DNA of 64,000 nucleotides, taken from positions 1,216,001 through 1,280,000 of the forward strand of contig CAVOKF010000007.1 of the NCBI GenBank assembly GCA_963696385.1. The letters are read 5' to 3'. Source of the stretch: an uncultured delta proteobacterium. GTDB lineage: Bacteria > Myxococcota_A > Polyangia > Polyangiales > Polyangiaceae. Position numbers and translations under genes: made by a program. Position 1 is the first letter of the stretch. Each line of letters begins with the position of its first letter. The notes beneath the pieces were generated by a model that saw only the letters and a program-made list of their open reading frames with translations, did not search any database and was not told where the DNA came from. Shown here piece by piece: positions 39,129 to 48,991 of this stretch.

Positions 39129-40343
39129 TCACCGCTCTTGGGCCAACGACTCGCCGCGTCGCGCCAGAACCGCGCGATATGCTCCTAACGCCTTTCGACC
39201 GACTGCGGGCCAACTGAGATCGCGTTCGAAGTGAGCGCGCACGGATGCGCGCCGGACGGCAAAGTCCTCCCTCCCCAGACGCTCAATGGCCCTCCCGAGC
39301 CCCGCGGCATCGCCGGGCTGGAAGAGCGCGCCGATCCGCCCGCCGGCGGTGATGGATCGGAAGGGTGCGATATCGGTCACGACGGGTGTCACGCCGAACG
39401 ACAGGGCTTCGAGCAGGGAAAAACACGCCACCTCATGGTGGCTGCCGAGGACGAAGACGTCGGCCGCGGCGTAAAGAGCGGGCAGGGCACGTCGTTCCAT
39501 GCGGCCTCGAAGATGTACGCGTCGTGCAAGCCCCGGCGACCGTGCGATCCGGGCCTTTACCGCGGCGAGCAAATCATCCTCGCCGTAGACCAGCGTCAGC
39601 GCAGCGTCTGGCAATACCGCCGCCGCGCGTTCGAATCCATCGAGCACCGTCAGCGGATCCTTGTTCGAGTCGAGCCGGCCCACCCACAAGATGGCGGGAT
39701 GCCCGGGCAGTGCGTCATCAGCGACAGGCAGCGATCCGATCGCGGTACTGCTCTCGAGGACCTCGTACACCGCGTCCTTGCTGCCGATGACTCCAGCGCG
39801 CAGCCAAGGAGCCGCCTGGTCGCGAACGGTAAACAGGAATCCGTCGGCGGCGCCCAGGCCAAATCGGTAGAAGCGGCGTCCTCGCCACGTTCGGAACGCG
39901 GGAGAGTGCGCATGGAACCCGCCGTGGTCCTGAACCACGATGGCCGTTCGCGAGGGGAGCTTCATTCGAAGCGCGCGAACGATCATGGGAAACACGAGGC
40001 CATCGACGTGCACAACGTGCGGGGCGAGTCGGCGGACTCGGTGGGTCATCCGGCCACCCCAAAACCATGCGGGCGGCCGCGGCGGCGCCGCTTCCTCGAC
40101 GAAGTGATACTGCACGCGACCGTCTGTCACGACCGCGTCCCGACTGAACTGTTGCACGACACTCACGGGGCCTGCGCCCGCGGCGACCAGCGCTTCGGCC
40201 CACCCTGTCAGCGCATGATAGCGAGAAAGGAGCGCCTCCGGCTCGCGATCGGCGGGGTCGAAACAGCAGCTGGCGATGCTGACGGCGAGCGGGCTGTCCC
40301 TTGGACGGGGGTCCGAATGGACCATTTGTCCCTGGACGCTCAC
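39129..40343 (-). CDS. Glycosyltransferase family 4
   Basis: LWVGRLDSNKDPL, ADVFVLGSHHEVACFSLLEALSFG, C-terminal LSW; start uncertain. Confidence 0.88.
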   Translation of the reverse strand: MSVQGQMVHSDPRPRDSPLAVSIASCCFDPADREPEALLSRYHALTGWAEALVAAGAGPVSVVQQFSRDAVVTDGRVQYHFVEEAAPPRPPAWFWGGRMTHRVRRLAPHVVHVDGLVFPMIVRALRMKLPSRTAIVVQDHGGFHAHSPAFRTWRGRRFYRFGLGAADGFLFTVRDQAAPWLRAGVIGSKDAVYEVLESSTAIGSLPVADDALPGHPAILWVGRLDSNKDPLTVLDGFERAAAVLPDAALTLVYGEDDLLAAVKARIARSPGLARRVHLRGRMERRALPALYAAADVFVLGSHHEVACFSLLEALSFGVTPVVTDIAPFRSITAGGRIGALFQPGDAAGLGRAIERLGREDFAVRRASVRAHFERDLSWPAVGRKALGAYRAVLARRGESLAQER

Positions 40344-41158
40344 GCGGACCCACGCACCCGTGGGTGTCGGCCGCGCCTTTCCACATCGAGGACATAGAAC
40401 CGTCCCGCCGAGCTCAGAGGCCATGTGCGCGACACGTGGGTCTCGAAACGCGCGGCGATGTCGAGCAGCCGCTCCGGAAGTGCCCGTTCGAGCCTTCGGC
40501 CAATCAGGAGCCCAAGGGAGTACGCCCCTCGATAGGCGAACTCGTGGGCAAATACGCGACGATAAAGCTCACCGGGGGCCAGAAGCGTGTGCTCGACTCG
40601 GTGACCGTGAACGTCGACTTCGACGATGTGCGAACCGGGTCGGACGGCGCGCCACCACCCCCTGGGCCCGCGGCTTCCATGGCCGGGGGCAAGAACGTGC
40701 GTCACCAGTCGGCCTCCTGGACGAACAAGACGCGCGGCTTCTCGAGCGAAAGGAAGAAGGTCGATCGTGTTGAGCGCGGCGAAGGAGGAGACGATTCCGT
40801 CAAACGGGCCCGTGAGATCGCGCATCACCTGGCCGATGTCGCCGGGCCGTACGTCGACGATCGACGCCGAGGAAGCCTGCCGAAGCTTGCTGCGAAGCTC
40901 GCTCAACATGCCCGACGAAAGGTCCACCGCGGTCACTCGGATGCCGAGGGAAGCCAAATGAATCGTGTCCAAGCCCGTGCCACATCCGACATCGAGGACC
41001 CGGTCGCCGGCGTAAAAGAGTTTCGCGAAATGTCGCCACAAGGCCCGACGCATCCAAGCGTCGCGCTGAAGGAGACGGTCGTAGTCACCCGAGACCGAGT
41101 CGTACGCCGACGCTATGCGCCACTCGTTTGACACGACTGCGGCCTCCTTTTCCCACAT
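40340..41158 (-). CDS. Class I SAM-dependent methyltransferase
   Basis: AYDSVSGDYD, VLDVGCGTG, AVDLSSGML, FDGIVSSFAALN, VRPGGRL; start uncertain. Confidence 0.88.
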   Translation of the reverse strand: MWEKEAAVVSNEWRIASAYDSVSGDYDRLLQRDAWMRRALWRHFAKLFYAGDRVLDVGCGTGLDTIHLASLGIRVTAVDLSSGMLSELRSKLRQASSASIVDVRPGDIGQVMRDLTGPFDGIVSSFAALNTIDLLPFAREAARLVRPGGRLVTHVLAPGHGSRGPRGWWRAVRPGSHIVEVDVHGHRVEHTLLAPGELYRRVFAHEFAYRGAYSLGLLIGRRLERALPERLLDIAARFETHVSRTWPLSSAGRFYVLDVERRGRHPRVRGSA

Positions 41159-41293
41159 GCGAGGCCTGGAATCCACTTTGAATCCGGGGCGGGCCCCGGG
41201 TACGCGAAGAGGGAGTCGCAAGAGGCCAACGTACCGGCTACGGTCGAACACGGAGCTCGAAGGGTGGTCGCATCGACGGCAAGGCGCAGCGCG

Positions 41294-42016
41294 ATGAGAG
41301 ATTCGCCCCCACATGGATGGCGTGGGTTGAGCTTCCGCGCCGTTGCCGTGGTGCGCACTCGAGTCGTGCGCCCTCTGATCTATCAATGGCGCCGGCGAGC
41401 TCTCCTCCGCGGTATGGCCCACGCTTCGGAGGTACAGCTTCTTGGACATCGCCTTCGCACGGATCCGGGGGTTTTCCACCCCCTCTACTTTTCTTCTTCG
41501 CGAATTCTTGCGGCGCACCTGCTCGCGCAACCCCTACGCGGCCGTCGGGTCTTGGACATGGGCACGGGCGCTGGCCCAATCGCGGTCTGCATGGCCGCAG
41601 CGGGGGCTCGAGTCACGGCCTGCGACATCAATCCACGCGCTGTGGTCCTCGCTACCGAAAACGCCGCGCTGAACGGGCTGGAAGTCGAAGCGCTCGAGTC
41701 GGACTTGTTCGCCGCACTTCCTGACAGACGGTTCGACCTCATCAGCTTCAATATCCCGTTTTTTGCGCGCGACGCTGCCTCGCACATCGATGCGGCATTC
41801 AACGCGGGTCGCCATCTCGAGACCCTCCGTCGCTTCGCTCAAGGCTGCATCCGACACCTCGAGCACAACGGCCGCGCCGTGATCATCCTCTCCGAGGACG
41901 GCGATCGCGGCGAAGTCTTCCGAACGTTCACCGAGTCGGGCCTCGCGTTAGAGAGAACGATCTTGTCGAGTAGCCTTTTCGAGCACTTTTGTGTCGCATG
42001 GTTCCGTGTGTCGTAA
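41294..42016 (+). CDS. SAM-dependent methyltransferase (HemK2/MTQ2-like)
   Basis: PGVFHP, VLDMGTGAG, DINP, SDLF, FDLISFNIPF (NPPY-like motif IV). Confidence 0.82.
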   Translation: MRDSPPHGWRGLSFRAVAVVRTRVVRPLIYQWRRRALLRGMAHASEVQLLGHRLRTDPGVFHPLYFSSSRILAAHLLAQPLRGRRVLDMGTGAGPIAVCMAAAGARVTACDINPRAVVLATENAALNGLEVEALESDLFAALPDRRFDLISFNIPFFARDAASHIDAAFNAGRHLETLRRFAQGCIRHLEHNGRAVIILSEDGDRGEVFRTFTESGLALERTILSSSLFEHFCVAWFRVS

Positions 42017-42067
42017 CGGGTCTCTCTCGTTTCTTCCGCGATCTCAACGTTCGCCCCCCCGCGCACC

Positions 42068-43004
42068 TCACTCTTTCCCCCATTCGCCGAGCGGGCGGCC
42101 GACCACAAGCTTGAAGCGGGCGGGTTCCCGTGAGCCGCGCAGGCGAGCCACGTGGGGCTTGAGCCACCACCGAATCCCATACCAAGGCTCAATAAACTCC
42201 CAGCGCAATCCGAGCTGTGGCTCCAATGCGGCGAGCCGCTCGTAGGTGAGGTAGCCCTCGCTATGGAGGGCGTTTCCGCGAAACCCGTAGCGGCGCTCGA
42301 AGTCGTTCTCGCGCTCCTGTACCATTTGCGCGCCACTGGACGGGTCGCGATACAGGGGCGAATCCATGATCACGATGCGGCCTCTCGGCGAAAGGACCCG
42401 TAGGGCTTCGCGGAGGGTCGAGGTGTAGTCCGCGGCGTAATGAAAGGACGCGTTGTAGATGACCAGGGCGATGCTCCGGTCGCAAAGGGGCAAGCGATCG
42501 AACTCGGCCAGCAAAGACGAAAAGGCGCAGTCGTAGTGGCGGTGGACGCCTAGACCGTCGAAGTCGTTGGTGACGAGAATCGACCGCGGCGACGTGATGT
42601 CCGCGGAGTGCGAGTCGATAGGCAAGCCAGCCGAGGCCGCTTCCCAGGTCCAGGATGCGAAGCGGCTCGCGCTCCTGGCGCTCCATCGGCTGCACCACAC
42701 CGCGCAGCAGAGATCGGAAGCTGCGTGACCGAACGGCCCACTCGTAGGCGCGCTTTCGAGACAGGTCCCGGTACGGGAGCGCTTGCAGATGATCCCGACG
42801 CTGCACCCGCCGGCCCTCGGCGGCCCGCACCGTCTCGTACTGCGCGACGAATTCGCGAAACGCGTCCTGTCGTCCCTCGGCCATCAGACCCCAGATTCCG
42901 CCGTCGCGCCGAAAGGTCGCGCCGCAGCGCGGACAACGGCGGATCCCGCTTGGCTCGGGCGTCAACGCGGCGTGGCACGACGGGCACGCCAGCACGGCGG
43001 CCAT
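42068..43004 (-). CDS. SAM-dependent methyltransferase with N-terminal zinc ribbon, frameshifted near 42579
   Basis: CPSC..CPRC, ILDLGSGLGWL..AVD, then after one extra base LVTNDFDGLG..YNASFHY..EALRVL..MDSPLY. Confidence 0.8.
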
Positions 43005-43192
43005 CGAGCCGTCGTCGGATGTCGGTGAGTCGGGCACGAGAGCGAGCTTGGATCGAAGGGGGCGAAACCGAAAGGGCCTGGACCGGTCGACCCAACGTGC
43101 GCGCGTCTTTCGAACGACACGCGGGGGGCGCGGCAGCGCGGACTCAGAAATCGCCTGCCGAAGGCGAAAGACCGAGGTACGGTCTCCTCGGC

Positions 43193-44707
43193 GTGGCCCG
43201 AGTCCTCTTTGCGCACGGTCATCTTCTGCGGCGCGACACCAAGCAGTTCGCGATCGGCAAGCCCTATCCGCCGCTCGCCACGCTCTTCGCGGCGGCCTAC
43301 GCGCGCTCGCTCGGCCACGATGTGGGTCTGTACGACCCCATGCTCAAGGACGATACGTCCGATTTTTCGACCGCCCTGGACCGCGAGCGCCCGGACGTCG
43401 TGGTCCTCTACGACGACGCGTTCAACTGGTTTACGAAGATGTGCTTGTCCCGCATGCGCGACGCCGCATTCGCCATGGTGGGCGAAGCACGCGAGCGGGG
43501 TCTGCCGGTGATCGTGGCGGGCCATGACGCAGCGGACGCGCCGGAGGCCTACCTGCGATCCGGCGCGTCCTTCGTGATCTTGGGGGAAGGCGAACTGACG
43601 CTCGGCGAGCTTCTCGGCTCTTTCGAAAAAGCGCGGGGGCATGTCGACGAGGTGCGCGACGCAGCGATCGCGGGCATCCCGGGCCTCGCGGTCCTGGACC
43701 ATGGCTTTGTCCGGCGTACCGGGTCGCGCAAACTGCTGAAGGATCTCGACGCGCTTCCGCTTCCAGCGTGGGACTTGGTCGACATCCCGAGCTACCGGCG
43801 GTTTTGGCAGCGCCGGCACGGATACTTCTCGCTGAACGTCGTGACCACGCGCGGCTGTCCCTATCTCTGCAACTGGTGCGCCAAACCAACCTCTGGAAAC
43901 ACGTACCACACGCGGTCGCCGGCCAACGTCCTGGCCGAATTGCAGCTCTTGCGCGATCGGTACGCGCCCGATCATCTCTGGTTCTGCGACGACATTCTGG
44001 GGCTCAAGTCGCAGTGGCTCGTCGCCTGGTCGGCGGCGGTCGCGCAGGCCGGTCTTGCCCTGCCCTTTCTCTGCCAAACGCGCGCCGACTTGATGACCGA
44101 TGCCAACGTCCGTGCCCTGGCGCGCGCCGGGGCCCAGGAGGTGTGGCTGGGCGCCGAGTCGGGCTCTCAGCGGATTCTGGACGCCATGGAAAAGGGGATC
44201 ACCGTCGAGCAGACGCGGGCTGCCGTCGCGCGCTTGCGCGCCAACGGCGTGCGGGCGGGGCTCTTTCTGCAGTTTGGCTACAGCGGAGAGGGCTGGAGCG
44301 AAGTGCAGGCGACCCGCGCGCTCGTGCGCGAATTGTTGCCCGACGACATCGGCATCTCGGTCAGCTACCCGCTTCCGGGGACCCGCTACCACGCGCAATT
44401 GGCGGGGCGCCTCGGAGAGAAGCGCAACTGGAGCGAAAGTGACAATCTGGACCCGCTCGTCTCGAGCCGCCACTCGCGTGGCTTCTATCACGAGCTAGCA
44501 CGCGTCGTGCATGCAGAGTTGCGCGTCCTTCGTGGGACCCGGGCTCTGAAGACGCTTCTGCGGCGGCCGCTCGACTTCGACGCCCGCCGGGTTCGCCATG
44601 TGGCCGGGGTGCGGCATGCCGGGCCATGGCTTATCCATCGACTGCGTCTCGAGGCGGAGCGGCGGCGGCCAGGGTCGACGATTGACAGGACCGGCGTGAC
44701 AGCCTAG
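43193..44707 (+). CDS. B12-binding domain radical SAM protein (#3)
   Basis: KPYPPLATLFAAA, FNWFTKMCL, GEGE, TTRGCPYLCNWC, FCDDILG, GAESGSQRIL, SYPLPGT. Confidence 0.92.
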   Translation: MARVLFAHGHLLRRDTKQFAIGKPYPPLATLFAAAYARSLGHDVGLYDPMLKDDTSDFSTALDRERPDVVVLYDDAFNWFTKMCLSRMRDAAFAMVGEARERGLPVIVAGHDAADAPEAYLRSGASFVILGEGELTLGELLGSFEKARGHVDEVRDAAIAGIPGLAVLDHGFVRRTGSRKLLKDLDALPLPAWDLVDIPSYRRFWQRRHGYFSLNVVTTRGCPYLCNWCAKPTSGNTYHTRSPANVLAELQLLRDRYAPDHLWFCDDILGLKSQWLVAWSAAVAQAGLALPFLCQTRADLMTDANVRALARAGAQEVWLGAESGSQRILDAMEKGITVEQTRAAVARLRANGVRAGLFLQFGYSGEGWSEVQATRALVRELLPDDIGISVSYPLPGTRYHAQLAGRLGEKRNWSESDNLDPLVSSRHSRGFYHELARVVHAELRVLRGTRALKTLLRRPLDFDARRVRHVAGVRHAGPWLIHRLRLEAERRRPGSTIDRTGVTA

Positions 44708-44742
44708 TGTTCAGGATTAGCTGAAGCGCGAGGGAGTGACCC

Positions 44743-44874
44743 ATGACCCGACACATCGATAAACTCTGGCTCGTGCTTTTGGCGCTGGCCATCGGCACGG
44801 TCGTGGCGTGCAGCAGCAGCGACACCTCGCCGGGGGGATCGGACGAAACCCCCGACGCGATGAGCGGGGGCTGA
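44743..44874 (+). CDS. 43-aa putative lipopeptide (not in the ORF track)
   Basis: RBS GAGGGAG upstream; MTRHIDKLWLVLLALAIGTVVA-CSSSDTSPGGSDETPDAMSGG has a signal peptide and lipobox. Confidence 0.6.
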   Translation: MTRHIDKLWLVLLALAIGTVVACSSSDTSPGGSDETPDAMSGG

Positions 44875-44897
44875 GAGCTCGGAACCGGAAAGAGGCC

Positions 44898-46757
44898 TCA
44901 CGGGGCCCTCTCCAGAATCGCTCGAGCGTTGCGGGTGATCGCGCTCTTTGCGGGCCCCTGCGCAAGGCGCGCAAGATGGTCCCGATCCGCCCGCGCTGCT
45001 CCGACGTCCCCTTCTTGGATGGATGCCTGCGCTCGAAGATCAAGAGCCTCAGGATAGTCCTCTAGAAGTCCGATCGCCTGATCGGCGGCCCATCGTGCGG
45101 CCGCAGGGTCCTTCAACGCGAGCTCGGCGGCCGACAGGGCGGCCCATGCGTTGGCCGAATACGGCTCCAGTGCACGGACCTGCTCCGCGGCATGCACGGA
45201 AGCCGCTGGGCGTCCCGCGCGGAGCAGCAGCTGGGCGGTGAGCAGGCGCGCCGTGAAGTCGTTGGGCGTGGCCTCGAGGGCACACTTCAGCGCAGCGAGT
45301 CCTTGTTCGGCTCCCGCGGGTCCGCGGTCTGCCCGAATGCTGCGTTCGGCCCGACCCACCCACCAACTGCCGCGCACGGCTCGCTCGGCCCGGACGGCGG
45401 CGCAGGCCACGAGGACCACGCCGAGCACAACGACCATGGCACCGCCGACGCGGCCCTTGCGGCGCACGGTCCGATCCGGCACGGCGACGGCGACGAGACC
45501 GAGGGCCAACCCGGCCAGACACAGCGTGCCCGGCATCTCGAGAGGGAAACTGGATAGCGACATCACGCCCAGGGCCACGAGCCCACCCGCCGCGGCCGCT
45601 GTGCACGCGCGCCCGTCCGCATCGGCCGTCCGCAGCGAACGGCGCACGGAAGCCGCCACCGCACCGACCCAACAAAGGAGTGCAGTCAGCCCGACCATAC
45701 CGGTCTCCGCGGCCCGCTCGAGCAGATCGTTGTGGGCTTGCCGCGGCACCACCGTGGGGCTGAGTACGCCATCGCGCATCGCGCCAGGCTCCGCGTAACG
45801 CGGAAAGACGACGGGCCAGTTGCCTGGCCCGACACCGACGAGGGGATCCTCGCCCACCATCGACAGCGTGCGCCGCCACAAGCCGAGGCGCGTTCTTACG
45901 GCCGTCGATTGCGCGTCGACGCTCTCCTGCAGCACCTCGACGACGCCCTCGTACCGTTTGGAGTCGCCCGCGTCGCGGGGATTGAAACGGCCCGGCAGCG
46001 TCGCCGCCATCCCCGCCACGAGCCCCACGCCGATCGCGACGGCGACCGACGACCACGACAGCCGTATCCGGGCCAGCCACAGGAACACGCCGAGACCACA
46101 CGCTGCGCCGAGCCACGCACCGCGCGTCCGGGTCACGGCCAAATACACAATCTGGAGCGCGAGCGACGTCCAGAGGACCCTGCGAAGGCCTCGCGGCCGA
46201 CATCGCACCGCCGCACCTACGCCGAGGGGCAGTGCCATGGCGATGGCTTCGGCGGCCAGGTTCCGGTTGCCGAACGTCGATCCGGGCTTGCTGATGACGG
46301 GGATGCCGAGCGGCATCCACTCGACGTGCTGCAGGAGCCCCGTGGCCGCGACGACCGCGGCCGCGATGGCGATGGCCTCGAGCACGCGCTGGCGTGCCGC
46401 AGGCGCATCACTCAGAACGCTCACGCCGCAGGCAATCCCAAAGAGCGACCCCCACCGCGCCAGCGCCGCGAGGGCGTAAGGGGCCCCCGGAGTTCCGGCG
46501 GCAGCGGCGGCCCACGCCAGTGCCGTCGTGGCAAGCACCCCGATCACCGCTGCGGTCATGGGCCCAGTCCAGCGAGGGCGGCCCGTGAAAAAACGCTGAA
46601 GGGCGAATGCGAAGAAACCGAGCGACGCGGCCACCTCGAGTGCAGCGAACTTCGGCACGAGGAAGGGCGCGTGCAACGCGGGCGAGTAAAGCAAGAGGAC
46701 CAGAAAAGCCGCAGCGCCGCTCGCCAACGCCGCGAGCCCCGTAGGCCACGTCCTCAC
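44898..46757 (-). CDS. O-antigen ligase/Wzy_C family protein with C-terminal TPRs (possible O-oligosaccharyltransferase)
   Basis: STFGNRN, TRTRGAWL, RLGLWR..PLVGVGPGNW, AHNDLLERAAETG; TPR helices. Confidence 0.8.
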   Translation of the reverse strand: MRTWPTGLAALASGAAAFLVLLLYSPALHAPFLVPKFAALEVAASLGFFAFALQRFFTGRPRWTGPMTAAVIGVLATTALAWAAAAAGTPGAPYALAALARWGSLFGIACGVSVLSDAPAARQRVLEAIAIAAAVVAATGLLQHVEWMPLGIPVISKPGSTFGNRNLAAEAIAMALPLGVGAAVRCRPRGLRRVLWTSLALQIVYLAVTRTRGAWLGAACGLGVFLWLARIRLSWSSVAVAIGVGLVAGMAATLPGRFNPRDAGDSKRYEGVVEVLQESVDAQSTAVRTRLGLWRRTLSMVGEDPLVGVGPGNWPVVFPRYAEPGAMRDGVLSPTVVPRQAHNDLLERAAETGMVGLTALLCWVGAVAASVRRSLRTADADGRACTAAAAGGLVALGVMSLSSFPLEMPGTLCLAGLALGLVAVAVPDRTVRRKGRVGGAMVVVLGVVLVACAAVRAERAVRGSWWVGRAERSIRADRGPAGAEQGLAALKCALEATPNDFTARLLTAQLLLRAGRPAASVHAAEQVRALEPYSANAWAALSAAELALKDPAAARWAADQAIGLLEDYPEALDLRAQASIQEGDVGAARADRDHLARLAQGPAKSAITRNARAILERAP

Positions 46758-48910
46758 GGCCCGGCCGGAGCCGGATCGCCCGGCCTCGGTTGCGAATCGG
46801 AGGCCGCCCCCCGCGCGCGCAGTTCGTCCAGGCGCGCCGCAAAGCGGTCCATGACGCGCTGCCGGTGGTCGGACAGATGCAGCTTGAGGATGCCGGCGCC
46901 GAGAATCACGTCCCCGCTGATCGCCGCCGCGGCGCGGCGCCGAAGGTGAAAGCGCCAACCCCAGCGAAGGATCGTTTCGAGCGCGGGCGCGATGGGTCCG
47001 AGCGCCCTCTCCCCGAAGGGTCGCCGTGCGACCCGCGGCGGGTCACCCGCCCCCGCCAGGGCCGATTCGGACGCGGAGTAAGCGGCTCGCGGGGCGAATG
47101 CCGGGAAGAAGGGCCGAACCCACTCCTCGTTGCTGCGGCACAAGGCCTCGTAGGTCTCATGACCCGTGAACGGCAGGGCGGACACGAGCTGATGCGCCGT
47201 GAAGAGGTCGCGGTGATAGGCGATGGTCAGCTCGCTCTCGTCGACCAAATAGTTCGGGCAGATGAGCCGCCGGGTGCTCGTCAGCTTGGTGGCGAGAAAG
47301 AGCGCCGCATAGGCCGTATACGCTCGCCCGCGTGCCGTGACCACGAAGAAGTCCACGTCTGGCCGCGCGCCCGGGTTCTTGTGCGCAACTCCCCCCGACA
47401 CGATGAGGGCGCGAACGAAGGGCAACGCGGCGAGCGAGGACAAAGCCGCGCGGTTGCGCTCGAGAAGGGTCCGGGTGAGCGCCTCCCTCTCGGGCATCGC
47501 GTCCACGAGGGGCTCGCGGCCCTTCAGGACGAGGTAACCCCTCGGATCGAACGTGAGAAGTGCCGTGAGGGCCCGGCCCGCCGAGATTCGACGCAGCTCG
47601 GACTCGTCGAGCCGAACGCCGAGCGACGCCGTCAATGCCTGATGGATGGGCAGCGGCGAGTCGAAGATGTCCGCGTACACGACGGTGGCGAGCAGTCCCC
47701 ACTCGGCTGTGCTGAATCCGGGCGGCACGGGGACCAACGGCGGTGGAATGACCGTCTTGCCGGATCCCGTGATCGGGGAGCCGTTCGAGCGGGGTCGCAC
47801 CCGCTCCGGAGCAATCCGTCGGGCTCGTGCCCAGAGGGCCTCGGCGGTGCGCGTCCAGGAGAAATGCTGCGCGCGAAGGGGGCCGGCGGCGCGCATGCGG
47901 GCAAGGCCGTCGGGGTCGCTCAAGAGCTCCGAGAGGGCTCGCGAGAACGCCGCATCGTCGCCGGGCGGCACGAAACGCGGGACGTCACCGCCGACTTCGC
48001 GCAAGGCCGCGACATCGGAAGCGATCACCCCTGTCCCACACGCCATGGCCTCCAGGATGGGCAGCCCGAAGCCCTCCAGCCGGGCGGCGAAGACGAACAG
48101 ATCGGCACCCGTATAGAGCGTAACGAGGTCCGGCTCGGTCACGTAGCCGAGCCAGTGGACGCGTCGGCCGGCTGTCCGGGCCTCGAGCGTGCGTACGAGC
48201 GTGCAATCTTTCCAGCCGCGACCGCCCGCGACGACGAGGTCGTGGCCCTGTGCTTCGGGCCCCAGGCGATCGAAGGCGCGCAAAATGGTGATCAGATCCT
48301 TGCGCGGTTCGAGGGTCCCCACCGTGAGCACGTACGGCCGCGTCAGCCCGTACCGGGCGCGGACGTCGGCCACGACGTCGAGGCTTGCGGGGCGACACGA
48401 CGGATGCGCGGCCCCGGGCAAAAGCGCGATGCGCTCGCGACGGACGCCGAGCAAACTGAGGATGTCGCGCTCCGACGTTTCGGAAACCGTTCCGATGACC
48501 GACGAGGCGGCAACCGACTGCCTCAATGTCGCGGCCATCAGCAGACGCTTGCGCATCGTGAAGTGCTCCGGCATGCGCAAGATCGCCAGGTCATGCACGA
48601 TCAGGATGCTTGGGCACGGCGACGCGAACGGCACGGCGTAGTTCGGAAAGACTCCCACGTCGACGCCCGTCTCGGCCAAGAGGCGCGGGGCGTCGGTTTG
48701 GATCCACAGCGCGCGTACCCCTACGCCGCGAACGTGAAGGTACGGCGCCCAGCGCGTCGCCAGATCGGGCGCCGGCTGGCGGTTCGACAAGAGCACCACC
48801 TCGTCGCCCGCGCGACGCGTCTGGAGCAGCGCGTCGACGAGGTGCTCCGTATAGTATCCGACCCCCGTGCGCGTGGCATTGCAGGTCGTGACTTCGATGG
48901 ATAGTCTCAC
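46754..48910 (-). CDS. GT4 glycosyltransferase fused to a nucleotidyltransferase-like domain
   Basis: GT4: TGVGYY, VHDLA, VGTLEPRKD, EGFGLPILEAMACG, FSW. C-terminal part: YADIFDSPL, SGGVAHKN..PDVDFFVV, CPNY, DLFTAHQL. Confidence 0.8.
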   Translation of the reverse strand: MRLSIEVTTCNATRTGVGYYTEHLVDALLQTRRAGDEVVLLSNRQPAPDLATRWAPYLHVRGVGVRALWIQTDAPRLLAETGVDVGVFPNYAVPFASPCPSILIVHDLAILRMPEHFTMRKRLLMAATLRQSVAASSVIGTVSETSERDILSLLGVRRERIALLPGAAHPSCRPASLDVVADVRARYGLTRPYVLTVGTLEPRKDLITILRAFDRLGPEAQGHDLVVAGGRGWKDCTLVRTLEARTAGRRVHWLGYVTEPDLVTLYTGADLFVFAARLEGFGLPILEAMACGTGVIASDVAALREVGGDVPRFVPPGDDAAFSRALSELLSDPDGLARMRAAGPLRAQHFSWTRTAEALWARARRIAPERVRPRSNGSPITGSGKTVIPPPLVPVPPGFSTAEWGLLATVVYADIFDSPLPIHQALTASLGVRLDESELRRISAGRALTALLTFDPRGYLVLKGREPLVDAMPEREALTRTLLERNRAALSSLAALPFVRALIVSGGVAHKNPGARPDVDFFVVTARGRAYTAYAALFLATKLTSTRRLICPNYLVDESELTIAYHRDLFTAHQLVSALPFTGHETYEALCRSNEEWVRPFFPAFAPRAAYSASESALAGAGDPPRVARRPFGERALGPIAPALETILRWGWRFHLRRRAAAAISGDVILGAGILKLHLSDHRQRVMDRFAARLDELRARGAASDSQPRPGDPAPAGP

Positions 48911-48991
48911 GCCGCAGCGAGTAGCTAGCACAATCCGCTGGGACGGGGCCGCAGACAGACGCGCGTCCAACGTCTAGAAAGTTGTACGTCC

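Noticed and set aside
25109..44707. Phosphonate, hopanoid or bacteriochlorophyll pathway for the B12-rSAMs
   Set aside because: No pepM/ppd, shc/hpn or bch genes in the window; nothing visible supports those assignments
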